From an uncultured virus (IMG/VR IMGVR_UViG_3300024999_000052) (lineage: Duplodnaviria > Heunggongvirae > Uroviricota > Caudoviricetes), in IMG/VR virus record IMGVR_UViG_3300024999_000052: 56,022 nucleotides of DNA; one strand, given 5' to 3'. The translations under genes and the position numbers were made by a program. The first letter of the stretch is position 1. The number at the start of each line of letters is the position of its first letter. The notes beneath the pieces are model-generated. The model did not search any database. It was not told where the DNA came from and worked only from the letters and a program-made list of their open reading frames with translations. Of this stretch, positions 20,559-31,202 are shown one piece after another.

Positions 20559-21944
20559 ATGTTAAAAGAAAAATCTGTTGAATTAATTCAAGAACTAAAT
20601 ATTCTAATTAAAGAATATGCATCGAACGACAAGGTAAGAAAAATAATTGTTGAAGAGTTTGACAAAAGAAATATGAAGGGTAGTTTAGCGGTTGGCATTT
20701 TAAATAAAAACAGAGAATTATCCACATTAGATATTGATGAAAGTAAAGATTTAATATTGTTGTTTATTTTTACTATGAGCATGTACAATGCGTTGACATT
20801 TAAGGAATCAGAAGATAAAGAATCATTGGGTAAAATTGAAGAGATACTAAGAATTGATCCAAAAAATTATTTTAATGAAATTGAGATTGAGAACTTAAAT
20901 GATTATAAATTTGAAAAGAAAGTAGATAAAAAAGACGAAGTTATTGTTTTCCCTAAAATGAACAGAATTGCTCCTGGATTTTATTCTGGATATATATCAG
21001 GAAAACATTTTGCTGAATTAGATGCTGGAAATGAATTTATCTATAATTTTAAGACTCAACGTGACCCAATTATTGATGTATATGGAATGAAACGAATACA
21101 CTTAAACAAAACAAATGCAAAAGAAATTAGAGATGGTGTTCTTTCGGGAGATCAATTCCCAACTACTATAGTAGTAAATGTTCTTAAAGATGGTACAGAT
21201 GAAATATATTATGATGAAAAGTCTGGTGATCTGTCCATCATATCAGGAACTAAAAACCTTGTGGACGGTATGCACCGGAAAGTCGGCAATAGCTTAGCTT
21301 TCGCAATTAACCCCGACATACAGTTTAATTGGCTGTTAGTTGTAATTAATTATAGCGAAATTAGAGCACAAAAGTATATGGTTGAAATCAACAAGCAACA
21401 AAAAATGAAACAAGAACATATTAAGAATATGGATACTGCTAGTCTTGGGAATGTAGTCGTAGATGCAATTAAAGATATTGATACCTCTGAATTCGCAGAT
21501 CAAATAAAGGATAATGACAAAGAAATTGGACATTTTGAACTTGAACATTTCGGTATGGCAAAGAAGTCAACATTGGCATTAGCCATCGAAGAGTGTTATG
21601 GGGATAGACTGACTAACAAACTTCAAATAAGGCCAATTGCAAAGCATATTGTTAATGTCATGGATTATATCATTGGATTGAATGTTGAAGCGTTCATGGA
21701 ACATCCTGAAGCAACTCAGAAGGTAAGCTATATTAATCATAAGAATATGTTTGCAGGATATATCGCCTTGTCTGAACGTTTATATGGAGTTAAAAAGTGG
21801 GAGGATATACTTGAAGAGATTTTAGATAAAATAGATTTCAGTATGGAAAATCCATTTTGGGATGATATTAAATTAAGCAAAGAATCAGACATGAAAAAAT
21901 CTACGAGAACAAATCTATATAAATTCTTTCAAAAATTAATTTAA
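20559..21944 (+). CDS. DndB/DGQHR (ParB-like) domain protein, SPbeta YopQ/SroE-like
   Basis: YNFKTQR, PTTIVVN, LVDGMHR and EINKQ motifs; 461 aa; directly precedes an integrase-fold gene. Confidence 0.75.
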   Translation: MLKEKSVELIQELNILIKEYASNDKVRKIIVEEFDKRNMKGSLAVGILNKNRELSTLDIDESKDLILLFIFTMSMYNALTFKESEDKESLGKIEEILRIDPKNYFNEIEIENLNDYKFEKKVDKKDEVIVFPKMNRIAPGFYSGYISGKHFAELDAGNEFIYNFKTQRDPIIDVYGMKRIHLNKTNAKEIRDGVLSGDQFPTTIVVNVLKDGTDEIYYDEKSGDLSIISGTKNLVDGMHRKVGNSLAFAINPDIQFNWLLVVINYSEIRAQKYMVEINKQQKMKQEHIKNMDTASLGNVVVDAIKDIDTSEFADQIKDNDKEIGHFELEHFGMAKKSTLALAIEECYGDRLTNKLQIRPIAKHIVNVMDYIIGLNVEAFMEHPEATQKVSYINHKNMFAGYIALSERLYGVKKWEDILEEILDKIDFSMENPFWDDIKLSKESDMKKSTRTNLYKFFQKLI

Positions 21945-21959
21945 AGGAGATGCTTTAAA

Positions 21960-22991
21960 ATGACTAAAATTGAAATTACTAATGATGAATTGCAAACCGA
22001 AGAAAAATTAGTATTTGAAGTAGATCCTGAAGTTAAGGAAGAATTTTTAGAAAAACAACTAAAATCAACTAGAAGTTATTATCGTTATATTTTGCAATTA
22101 GCTGATGACTTTGAGGTTAAATTAGGAAAACCAATTTACAATTTTAATACAGAGGAAAGAGATGAACTGCTGATTGTTCAATATAAAAACAAGAACACAT
22201 TTGCATTTCAATCTGTTTTGTCTCCTTTAAAAACTTATGTTGATTTTTGTATAGCACCTAAGAATTTAGTAAAACACAATGAAAATAGGTTTGCTACCAT
22301 TTTAACATCAAATTATAAAGAGTATATCAAATCAAAAGAAAATTATTTTATACCATTATCTGAATCTAGAGAACTTCAATTCAGATTGAAAAATTATCAA
22401 GATAGACTAATCTTGGAATTATCAAGTCTAGGAGTTAGAGGGCGTACTGAAAAGGGGAACACCCTTGAAGAATTAGTTAATCTAAAACAAAGTGATGTTA
22501 AGTGGGATAAAAAGAGACTATATCTTACTAAAAATAATGGTGAATTAAGATGGATTGATGTTGATGATTATACTTTAAATCTAATCAAAAAAGTAATTAA
22601 TGAAGATTTTTATATCGCTAACAATGGATTAAAAACTAAACCAAATGATGACGGAATATATGAAGAAACTGACAGAGGAAGAATAATTAATCCAAGCGAA
22701 TATGTATTTAGAATTCCAGGGAAAAATAAACATGGCAAAGCAGAGTATCAATTTTTTGCCAGCAGGATCCAAAGGATGCAAAAATGGTTAGGTAATCCTT
22801 ATATTAGCATTAGCAATCTTTATTTTTCTGCAATTATTGAATATGCAAAAGGAGAAAAGAAAAAGAAAGGCGAATTAACTAAGGAAGATTATATCAGAAT
22901 TAATGAAAGGTTTGAATTTGGAGAAAATGGAGAAAAATATCTCTTTAAGACGAAAGAATTAATTGCAACTTATTTAGATGATAAGAGGTAA
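21960..22991 (+). CDS. Tyrosine-recombinase-fold protein, SPbeta YopR/MrpR/SroF master-repressor-like
   Basis: QDRLILEL..LGVRG..LEELVNLK..DV (box I-like); no H-x-x-R box II visible; adjacency to the DndB-like gene. Confidence 0.7.
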   Translation: MTKIEITNDELQTEEKLVFEVDPEVKEEFLEKQLKSTRSYYRYILQLADDFEVKLGKPIYNFNTEERDELLIVQYKNKNTFAFQSVLSPLKTYVDFCIAPKNLVKHNENRFATILTSNYKEYIKSKENYFIPLSESRELQFRLKNYQDRLILELSSLGVRGRTEKGNTLEELVNLKQSDVKWDKKRLYLTKNNGELRWIDVDDYTLNLIKKVINEDFYIANNGLKTKPNDDGIYEETDRGRIINPSEYVFRIPGKNKHGKAEYQFFASRIQRMQKWLGNPYISISNLYFSAIIEYAKGEKKKKGELTKEDYIRINERFEFGENGEKYLFKTKELIATYLDDKR

Positions 22992-22996
22992 AAGTT

Positions 22997-23398
22997 ATGA
23001 AAAATACACTGTTAGAAATGTGGAAAAGATATAATTTGCTTCTCTCTTTTAAGAACGAAATGAATAAATTAGGATATGCGTCTAAGGATTTATATTCTAT
23101 CGAAATGCAAATTGAAGTTTTGATGGAGTTAATTGAGATAGAGAGTGAAAACGTTTTGGAGTCTCTATTAAAGAAAACTTATTTTCGATTACTAAAGAAG
23201 ATTAATAGAGGCATTAATTATTTACCTGACATACTGTCTAACAGTGAGGAATGGGTTCTTAATCCTATTGAAAAAGATGCTACTGCGTGGACTGATTTAG
23301 ATGTTTTAATTTTTACCACAAAGACCAAAACAGTAGTATTTAGTAGATTATCTAGACAAATAGAAGGTAGTCGATATATTGACGGTAAATGGCAATAG
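22997..23398 (+). CDS. Hypothetical protein in the repressor operon
   Basis: 133 aa; closely spaced to its neighbours. Confidence 0.7.
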   Translation: MKNTLLEMWKRYNLLLSFKNEMNKLGYASKDLYSIEMQIEVLMELIEIESENVLESLLKKTYFRLLKKINRGINYLPDILSNSEEWVLNPIEKDATAWTDLDVLIFTTKTKTVVFSRLSRQIEGSRYIDGKWQ

Positions 23399-23410
23399 GA
23401 GGTTATATTA

Positions 23411-23812
23411 ATGAATGTAGGAGAAAAAGTTTTCTTATTTAAAGAAAGGTTAAATCATAAATATTTTGCTGATTTTGCTAGAGCAGCAAATGTTCCTCCT
23501 GCGTGGTTAAATGAAATTAAAGATAAAGAAGAAATCAAACAAATAAGCGATATGTCATACCTTATAAATCTTTGCTTGTATTTAGGGATGACAATTGATG
23601 ATTTTTTAAGAAATGATGATGTCATAAAAGAAGAAATTATTGAAGTTATTGATATAAATTCAGAAGATATTGGTATTTTGCTCAATAATATGATAGTATT
23701 ATTACGAAAGGATGGAATAAAAATTAACAATGTAGTTATGAATGATAAAAGCAAAGAAGTTTGTATTGATTCATTAAATGTGGTTAAAACATTAGTCAAA
23801 CAGCATTTGTAA
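23411..23812 (+). CDS. XRE-family HTH regulator
   Basis: MNVGEKV..FARAANVPPAWLNEI..LCLYLGMTIDDFL. Confidence 0.7.
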   Translation: MNVGEKVFLFKERLNHKYFADFARAANVPPAWLNEIKDKEEIKQISDMSYLINLCLYLGMTIDDFLRNDDVIKEEIIEVIDINSEDIGILLNNMIVLLRKDGIKINNVVMNDKSKEVCIDSLNVVKTLVKQHL

Positions 23813-23826
23813 AGGAGTGAAAAATC

Positions 23827-24684
23827 ATGGTTTTCAAAGGAAGATCCACAGATACATTTGAGATGGATGATATTGAAGTTTATCAACTAGTACAAGATGG
23901 CTCTTTAAGATCATATCCAAGTGGATTTTGGGATGGTGTAGCAGGTATCCAAACTGCTGAGAAAATTATAAAATATGTTTTCAAGGATATTTTAAATTGG
24001 TCTATTGATGATATTAAGGTAAAAGTCACTAGAGAGGTATTTGAGGAATATAAATTAGTTGGAATGCTTAAAAATATATATGATTCTAGCATGTATATTT
24101 GTTTAGGTGAAGTATATCCAGAACTTAAAGAATGGGCAAGCAAACAATATCAAACTAATGAACATGCTGATTTTGTCCATAGAAAATATTCAGATGATGA
24201 ATTAATTTATATTCTTCAAGAAAAATCAAAAGAGTTAAATAGAATTCCAAAAGGGGTTGATATGAAAACGCCAAGTAGTGCTATTTATAGTAACAGATTT
24301 GGTTCATGGGAAAAGTCTTTAATGAAAGCAGGACTAATTGAAGATATTTATAAAGATGTTGATTTTAAAAAGAATTCTAAGGAATCAGTTATATCTCATT
24401 TAAAAGAATTATTTGCAGAAAAGGAAAGAATATTAGATAAGGATGAAATATTTGCTATTTATCCTGAAGGATTAATCAAAGAATACTTTGGAACTTATAA
24501 AAAGGTTGAAAAAGTTATTGTAAACGAGTATACTAAAAAAGAACTTACCAAAATATTGAAAAAGAAGCAAGAAAAATTAGGTAGAATTCCGAGCAATAAA
24601 GATATGAAGTTTCCAATGGCTATTGTGTTCATAGATAAATTCGGAAGTTGGCAGGAGGCGATTGACAAATTGGATAAAACTTAA
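23827..24684 (+). CDS. DUF4046-like / homing-endonuclease-associated repeat protein
   Basis: YPSGFW N-terminal motif; repeated L.RIP..DM..P..Y..FGSW units. Confidence 0.65.
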   Translation: MVFKGRSTDTFEMDDIEVYQLVQDGSLRSYPSGFWDGVAGIQTAEKIIKYVFKDILNWSIDDIKVKVTREVFEEYKLVGMLKNIYDSSMYICLGEVYPELKEWASKQYQTNEHADFVHRKYSDDELIYILQEKSKELNRIPKGVDMKTPSSAIYSNRFGSWEKSLMKAGLIEDIYKDVDFKKNSKESVISHLKELFAEKERILDKDEIFAIYPEGLIKEYFGTYKKVEKVIVNEYTKKELTKILKKKQEKLGRIPSNKDMKFPMAIVFIDKFGSWQEAIDKLDKT

Positions 24685-24771
24685 AACGTTTGAATATTGA
24701 GGTATGTTACAGTATCTCAATAATACATAGATTGTAATTAATTAAAATATAATAAGAAAGCGAGTTAAGCA

Positions 24772-25347
24772 ATGAGGAGAAATTCACTAAAACATAATAT
24801 ATTGTTTGTCAGCGTGATTAGTGCATTTATTCTCTATGGAAGCACAAATGGAAATCATGTTGTAAATAAAGATATAAGAAATACTAAACATATTAATTAT
24901 GTAAGGAGTGATGCCTGTGAAATATTAAAACAAATGAGAAAACAATACATAGTGAAGCAAAAGCCAAAAACTGAAATTTCAAAAGAAAAACTTTTATTTA
25001 TAATAACGTCCTACGATTTATCTCCTCAGTCATGCACTAAGTCAAGAAGTGATATTGGATTTGGCATTACTAAAGATGGTACAAAATTAAAAAACAAATC
25101 ATGGAAAAGTATTAAGATTATATCTGTAGATCCTCTTGTAATTCCATTGAATTCAAAAGTAAGACTAACTTTTATTGATCCAAAATATAAGAAATATTCA
25201 AACATAATTTATCGGTGTGCAGATACTGGTTCTGCCATAATCGGAAACAGGATTGATTTGTTTATTGAAGATGGTAATGGAAAAGTAAGTCAAGAAGTTA
25301 TTGATTTCGGAATCACAAAGGCATATATAGAAATAATTAAGGATTAA
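24772..25347 (+). CDS. 3D-domain peptidoglycan-active protein with N-terminal membrane anchor
   Basis: ITSY, GITKDG, SVDPLVIPLNS and ADTGSAIIGNRIDLF motifs. Confidence 0.85.
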   Translation: MRRNSLKHNILFVSVISAFILYGSTNGNHVVNKDIRNTKHINYVRSDACEILKQMRKQYIVKQKPKTEISKEKLLFIITSYDLSPQSCTKSRSDIGFGITKDGTKLKNKSWKSIKIISVDPLVIPLNSKVRLTFIDPKYKKYSNIIYRCADTGSAIIGNRIDLFIEDGNGKVSQEVIDFGITKAYIEIIKD

Positions 25348-25579
25348 GCAAATGTTTAATCAAAAAACCCATCAAATTATCCAATATTCTTAAAAATACC
25401 CCATTTTACCTCTCTCATACTCTATATGTCTCGCGTATACTTCCATTTACCACCCAATCCAATCGACCCAATAGAAACACGATTTTAAGTTATAATTTTA
25501 CATGAAAATGTAACATATTTATGAAAATAGAATACCATAAACCAAGAAATAAAATAAATATGAAAGAAGGAATTTTAAT

Positions 25580-25801
25580 ATGGCAAGTATAGCAAGCATC
25601 ACAGACTTTCCAGTGAAAAATGATCATAATGCAATGATTGGTTTAGAATTTCGCAATCTTAAAGATAGAATTGCTAAGACTGAAGTATTAGAAAGAGAGA
25701 TGCTAAGAAAAAGAAAATTAGAGAAAAGGGATTTTAGAATTACTTATGAGGATAATGGTATGCTATATTGTTGCTTCTGGGATAAATCAATTTATTATTG
25801 A
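25580..25801 (+). CDS. Hypothetical protein
   Basis: 73 aa; AAGGA RBS. Confidence 0.6.
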   Translation: MASIASITDFPVKNDHNAMIGLEFRNLKDRIAKTEVLEREMLRKRKLEKRDFRITYEDNGMLYCCFWDKSIYY

Positions 25802-25841
25802 TACATAAAATAAATTTAATGAAAGAGAGAGTAGATTTATA

Positions 25842-26567
25842 TTGAGAAGTAATTATAAAGATTTAACAGATATGGAGTTTGGAAGACTTAAAGTTTTAAA
25901 TAGAGATTATACAAGGAGTAATGGTACATATTGGTGGTGTGAATGTAACTGTAAAGATAAAACAATTAAGTCTATTGATGGGCATTCCTTAAAACGAGGA
26001 CTTACTAAATCTTGTGGTTGTTTAAATATTGAACGAACAATAGAAAGAAACAAGATTCTTAAAAGAAAATATAATACTTATGATTTAACTAGAGAATATG
26101 GGGTAGGGTATACCAATAATAATGAAGAATTCTATTTTGATTTAGAAGACTATGATTTAATTAAGAATTATTGTTGGATACTTCAACATGGTTACGTTTA
26201 TGCTTATGTTTCAGGTGAAGAACATCATTTAATTAGTATGCATAGGTTAGTAATGAAAGCTCAAGATGAGGATAAAGTTGATCATATTTTTCACAATTTA
26301 AACGATAACAGGAAAAGTAAATTGAGATTAACAACGCACAGCCAAAATCTAATGAATAAATCAATGGGTAAAAACAATACGTCTGGAGTCATAGGAGTTT
26401 CTTGGGACAGTAGGAATAATGATTGGGTAGCAAGAATTACCGCAAATTCTAAAAATATACATTTGGGTAGATATAAAAACTTTCAAGATGCAGTTTGTGC
26501 TAGAAAAGCAGGTGAGGAAAAATATCATGGTAAATATAGTTATGCAAATAGTATGAATTTGGAATAA
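25842..26567 (+). CDS. HNH endonuclease with AP2 domain (homing endonuclease)
   Basis: FGRLKVL..WWCEC.C..KSCGC; MHRLVM..VDHI..DNRKSKL..N; NTSGVIGV..W.ARI..HLG.Y..A..AR. Confidence 0.85.
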   Translation: MRSNYKDLTDMEFGRLKVLNRDYTRSNGTYWWCECNCKDKTIKSIDGHSLKRGLTKSCGCLNIERTIERNKILKRKYNTYDLTREYGVGYTNNNEEFYFDLEDYDLIKNYCWILQHGYVYAYVSGEEHHLISMHRLVMKAQDEDKVDHIFHNLNDNRKSKLRLTTHSQNLMNKSMGKNNTSGVIGVSWDSRNNDWVARITANSKNIHLGRYKNFQDAVCARKAGEEKYHGKYSYANSMNLE

Positions 26568-26656
26568 AAATTTAATAAAGATAAGACCCCCTAATTTATG
26601 CAAAATCATTCGTATCGTTTAATAAGGAATAAAATTAGAAAGAGAGTGAAAACAAA

Positions 26657-27419
26657 ATGATTATATCCAAGAGTGTAGATGTTACAAGAGTTGAGCAAAT
26701 TCAATTAGGGAAAATGTGTAATGGGTGCGGTAATATTTTTGAACCATATGATGAACAAGTTAAATCATTTGAATCACAAATAGGATACAACGTGACATGG
26801 AAATATGAATTATGTAGCACATGCATACTAGGAATTATAAAAACTTTTGCAATTGTTCCCGAAAACTTTATGAGCGATTCAAACTTTACATCATCTTTTG
26901 ATTTAGATCATGATTTACACCAAAAATTATTCGTTGAATGGCAAGAAACAAATATATGGAATTGTGATGAAAATCCTTGGCAAGATTATTATAGTGAAGA
27001 CAATTCAGATCAAGAGTCTGAAATATATGAAGAATACAATGAAGAAATTTCAGATGCTTTAGAAGTACGCAAACCATTACATATCAATGTTGTAAGGTTA
27101 GCAACGATTCATAAAATTGGATTAGCAAAAAGGTGGTGTGAAAATAATGACTGATAATAACGAATCTATTGAAATGGAGGATCGTATGGAAAATAAAGAA
27201 GATATATTATTTGACGTAACAACATTAAAAATAGGGGATATAGTTAATTATTTTGCTCATGATAATGGAAATTATTTTATTGAGCAGGGCGAGGTTAGAA
27301 GTGAAAATATCTATAAGGATGGTGTAGAAGTTCATGGAGAATGGTGGAGACAGTATGTAGGAAAATGGTTTATAAATAAAATTATAAGAAATGAGAAAGT
27401 AATATATGAACAACAATAA
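26657..27419 (+). CDS. Two hypothetical proteins, the first with CxxC motifs
   Basis: ORFs 26657-27154 and 27138-27419. Confidence 0.65.
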
Positions 27420-27437
27420 TATTATAAGAATTTAAAT

Positions 27438-29297
27438 ATGAAGGAGATTAATAAAATGAGTGAAAATAAAGTTCAACTACAGGTAAATGTAATTAATCAA
27501 TTAAAATTACTTCGACAAAGCACATTTAAAGACACCTTATGCTTCTTAGATGAAGATATTCAAAATGCTCAGAGAGCAAAGGCAACAGAGGTTAAAATAA
27601 CAGTAGATTATTATGAGAAAACAGTAATTATTGAAAACAATGGACAAATTTTAACCAAACCTCAAGCTCTATTTTCTATTGCTGAAAGTGAATGGGATGA
27701 TGATATTAAATCAACTGAAAATCCCTTCGGCATGGGCTTCTTTAGTAATATCACAGTAAGTAACTTAATTGAAATCTATACAGGCAATAAACTAATAACC
27801 TTTGATGTGGAAAATATGATTCAAACAAATAATACTGAAATCAAAGTTGAAGATATTGAAGATCAGTATGAAGGATTCAAATTGGTGTTAAATAATTTTG
27901 ATTTCAATACTGCCTCCTCATCTGATATTCAAGAAAGAGTAAGATTATTGGGAAGATATATTCATGAGTTAGATATTTACTATAACGACATATTACAAGA
28001 GAAAAAAGATTTAACTCAAGGTGATGACAGTATATATAAATTACCCATAGAAGACGCAGAAAGTTTTAAAGGTTGGATTGCACTCAACAATAATTATGGA
28101 TATGGGGATAATTTAAATATCTTTTACAAAGGAAGATTAGTAACTAAACTAGAAAACACACCTTATCTTAAAGGCGATTTACATATTAGTGATAAAGCAT
28201 TAAATTTAACTTCACCAGATAGAAAAGATGTTATTAAGGATAGTAAATTTTATGATTTTAGAAATATAGTTAAGACCTATGCTGAAAAACTATGTGCAGA
28301 AACAATGCTCGAAGGTGACGAAGATGAAATTAATGAATTCACAAGTGCAATTAGCTATTATGTAAACAAGAAAGAAATTAAAAATATGATTAAATTCCTT
28401 ACATTTAAAAGTAGTGATAAAAAGGATTTAGAATATTTAAGAGGTGTTGCTATAGCAAAAGGAAAAAATAAAGGAATTAATAATTTTAAAGATTATGAAT
28501 TGCACCTACGTAAAGAATCAAATCAACAAAATGAATCTAATTTCGAAGAAGTAACTATTGATGCTAAAATTAAAACTCAACCTCCAAAAGCAAAAGGAAT
28601 TATAGTGCATCAAGGTAGCAGTTCTTATTCTGATGGATATGTAGAAAAACCAGAGATTAATGATAATGAAACAACTGTAAAACAAGGCGAGATTATTCTA
28701 AACAATGATCAACCTGTATTTTATATTGGATTTTCAGAAGTTGAGAAATATGAATATAAGCTCAATGTAGCAAAACACTATAATTTAAAAATAATTATTG
28801 CAAGAAATAAAATTGAGGAAGAAATTCTTAAAAACATGAAAGATTCTGATAATGTATTACATATTTCAGAACTAATTGAAGATGTAATGGTAACTGGAAT
28901 ATTGTCAGATACATCATTAAATATTAAAGAACATAGAGCATTAATGTTATTTGATATGATTAGTAGGATGGTAGGACTATCTTATAATGCTTTTGTAATA
29001 GGAAATTTATCCGTTACAAAGAATATAAAGGTAGAAAGTTTAGATATTGATACTCAAATTATTGAAGATAATGTATTTGTAATTAGGAATATTGAAGCAA
29101 ATAAAATTTATGTAGATAGGAAAATTATAGATCAAACTAATTTAAGGGAAGATTTAGAAATTAATTTGGATATTAGTGATTATAAATTTATTTTGGGAAA
29201 TCTTTATAATATTGTTGAAGAACTTAGACTCTTAGAGCATAAAAATAAAGATAACTATATGAATACAATATTGAGTATTTTGGGAAGTTCAATATAA
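27438..29297 (+). CDS. GHKL (Hsp90/MutL/MORC-like) ATPase domain protein (likely start 27456)
   Basis: DEDIQNAQRA, ENNG and PFGMGFFS Bergerat-fold motifs; LNLTSPDRK in an S5-like region. Confidence 0.75.
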   Translation: MKEINKMSENKVQLQVNVINQLKLLRQSTFKDTLCFLDEDIQNAQRAKATEVKITVDYYEKTVIIENNGQILTKPQALFSIAESEWDDDIKSTENPFGMGFFSNITVSNLIEIYTGNKLITFDVENMIQTNNTEIKVEDIEDQYEGFKLVLNNFDFNTASSSDIQERVRLLGRYIHELDIYYNDILQEKKDLTQGDDSIYKLPIEDAESFKGWIALNNNYGYGDNLNIFYKGRLVTKLENTPYLKGDLHISDKALNLTSPDRKDVIKDSKFYDFRNIVKTYAEKLCAETMLEGDEDEINEFTSAISYYVNKKEIKNMIKFLTFKSSDKKDLEYLRGVAIAKGKNKGINNFKDYELHLRKESNQQNESNFEEVTIDAKIKTQPPKAKGIIVHQGSSSYSDGYVEKPEINDNETTVKQGEIILNNDQPVFYIGFSEVEKYEYKLNVAKHYNLKIIIARNKIEEEILKNMKDSDNVLHISELIEDVMVTGILSDTSLNIKEHRALMLFDMISRMVGLSYNAFVIGNLSVTKNIKVESLDIDTQIIEDNVFVIRNIEANKIYVDRKIIDQTNLREDLEINLDISDYKFILGNLYNIVEELRLLEHKNKDNYMNTILSILGSSI

Positions 29298-29332
29298 ATG
29301 ATTTAATTTTTTAAGGAAAGAAGGAAAATAAT

Positions 29333-29774
29333 ATGCTAATTAATCATATTAAATCAGACGCTCTAATCGCTCGTAAGGCAAGAAAAACCGACGGCAACAT
29401 TACTTACAACTCTATATTCTGAAGCGTCTATGGTAGGAAAGAATGCAGGAAATAGGGAATCTACAGACAAAGAAGTATTGCAAGTCATTGAGAAATTTAT
29501 TAAAAATGCTAATGAAGTTAAGAATATTTTATTGAAAAATAATAAGGACACATGTAATGTTATTTCTGAGATTTTAGTTTTGAGTAAATATCTGCCTCAG
29601 AAAATGAGTTATAATGAGTTAGAAAATGTTGTTAGAGATATTATAGAAGCATTAAAAGATATTAATTCAGAAGTTCAAATTGGCAAAGTTATGTCTGTAC
29701 TAAAGAACTCCTATGGTGGTATGTATGATGGTAAAATTGCTAGTGAGATTGTAAAGAAAGGATTGATGAATTAA
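29333..29774 (+). pseudogene. GatB/YqeY-domain protein with a frameshift near 29390
   Basis: The ATG at 29333 with RBS gives MLINHIKSDALIARKARKT; another frame continues TATLLTTLYSEASMVGKN..YLPQKMS..GKVMSVLK..YDGK. Confidence 0.75.
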
Positions 29775-30528
29775 TGACAAGAAACACTCAAAATTATTCT
29801 GGATATTTCTCCACAAGATGTTCTTATTGTCATAAAGAATTATATCCCTTATCTCATGGTGAAGGTTGTTATAATTTATACATTTGTGATTGTGATGACG
29901 CAAAAGAAGAATTAATATTACATCCAAAATTAGATGAGTTAGAAAAACAAATCTGTGAAATCAAATCTAGTTTTCCAAAAGTAGATTATCAAAAAGCAAA
30001 TAATATTAGATTAGAAGAAGAAATAGAAAACTTAAAATCAATGTATAATTATAACCCAAACAAATGACTATTTTAAAGGATAAGGGAGAACAATTAAATG
30101 GAATATTATTTAATAAATAGAGAACAAGAAATCATTGAACTGATGTTGAAATTAGCAAACGAATATAATACTTTAGAATGTGATGGTTCGTGTAAAGGAA
30201 ATAATTGTTGGTCAAAGAAAAAATTATGCGATTCAGTTACTAGTTTTATTTATCAAGCAAAAGAAAGATTATGTTTAGGACACGACGAAATACCAATGTT
30301 TTAGATGCCGTTAATTTTATGATTCGATGGATTATTAAGAAAGAAGATAACACAATGAGAGATCCAAATAGAATTGATGAAATCATTGAAGTATTACGCG
30401 ATTGTTGGAAACAAAATCCTGACCTTAGACTTGGACAGTTAATCTATAACCTTAATAAATCTGGAAATAGAGATGTGTTTTATCCCGAAGATGACAAATG
30501 GTTAGAATGGATTAAGGAAAGTATTTAA
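29774..30528 (+). CDS. Three small hypothetical ORFs, the last with an MRDPNRI..PDLRLGQL motif
   Basis: ORF track; the last motif is typical of small phage proteins. Confidence 0.6.
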
Positions 30529-30545
30529 TAGGAATATAGGAGGAT

Positions 30546-31202
30546 ATGAATATGAAGAAATTCACTATCCTCTTGGTTGCAACAGCATTAATCACAACAA
30601 ATATTTATCTAAAATATCATAATTTATCAGTGCCAAAACCTATATCAACAGAACAATCGCAACTAAGAGATTTTACCAAAGAACAAAATAGAACAGCAGA
30701 ATTAAAAAAGATGCAAGATCCAACTATAATCCAAAATGAATTCAAGAAATCAGGGAAAATAATTTCTCTTGAAGGAAAATATAATTATTTCAGCAAAATA
30801 TCAAATAAAGATAAAATATTTAACAAATTCACATTAAGAGAAATTACATTGGACTTCGAGTATAATTATGGAATTGGAATTAACAGCCTCGAATACATAA
30901 AAGTAACTAAAATTGAAAATGGTGTGGCATATATAAACATCCCTAAAAATCGAATCCAACTTATTTGCATAGAGCAAAATATGCAAAACTCAAAAATTAT
31001 AAATGAAAATAATATGTTTCTATTCGATCAATTTAGTCCTAGTGATACTCAAATATTATCTGCACAAGCACAGCAAAATGTTGTTAATGCAATTGGGAAA
31101 GATAAGAAATTATTTGATGATGTTATGATTAATTTGCAAGAAGATATTGAGGGATTGGTATTATGTTTGGGGTATGAACAAGTTGTATTTGAGATAGTAT
31201 AA
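30546..31202 (+). CDS. DUF4230-like membrane-anchored protein
   Basis: N-terminal TM segment; FEYNYGIGI..INIP pattern; C-terminal LGYEQVVF. Confidence 0.55.
   Translation: MNMKKFTILLVATALITTNIYLKYHNLSVPKPISTEQSQLRDFTKEQNRTAELKKMQDPTIIQNEFKKSGKIISLEGKYNYFSKISNKDKIFNKFTLREITLDFEYNYGIGINSLEYIKVTKIENGVAYINIPKNRIQLICIEQNMQNSKIINENNMFLFDQFSPSDTQILSAQAQQNVVNAIGKDKKLFDDVMINLQEDIEGLVLCLGYEQVVFEIV

Noticed and set aside
20559..21944. Phosphorothioation (dnd) system
   Set aside because: Only a DndB-like gene is present with no dndCDE; the context matches an SPbeta-type repressor operon.
21960..22991. Prophage integrase marking an att site
   Set aside because: It is internal to a regulatory operon, lacks an evident HxxR motif, and phage-like genes continue on both sides.
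25350..25470. Pyrimidine-rich stretch suggesting a minus-strand gene
   Set aside because: Only an 18-codon ORF (MEVYARHIEYERGKMGYF) with no supporting features.
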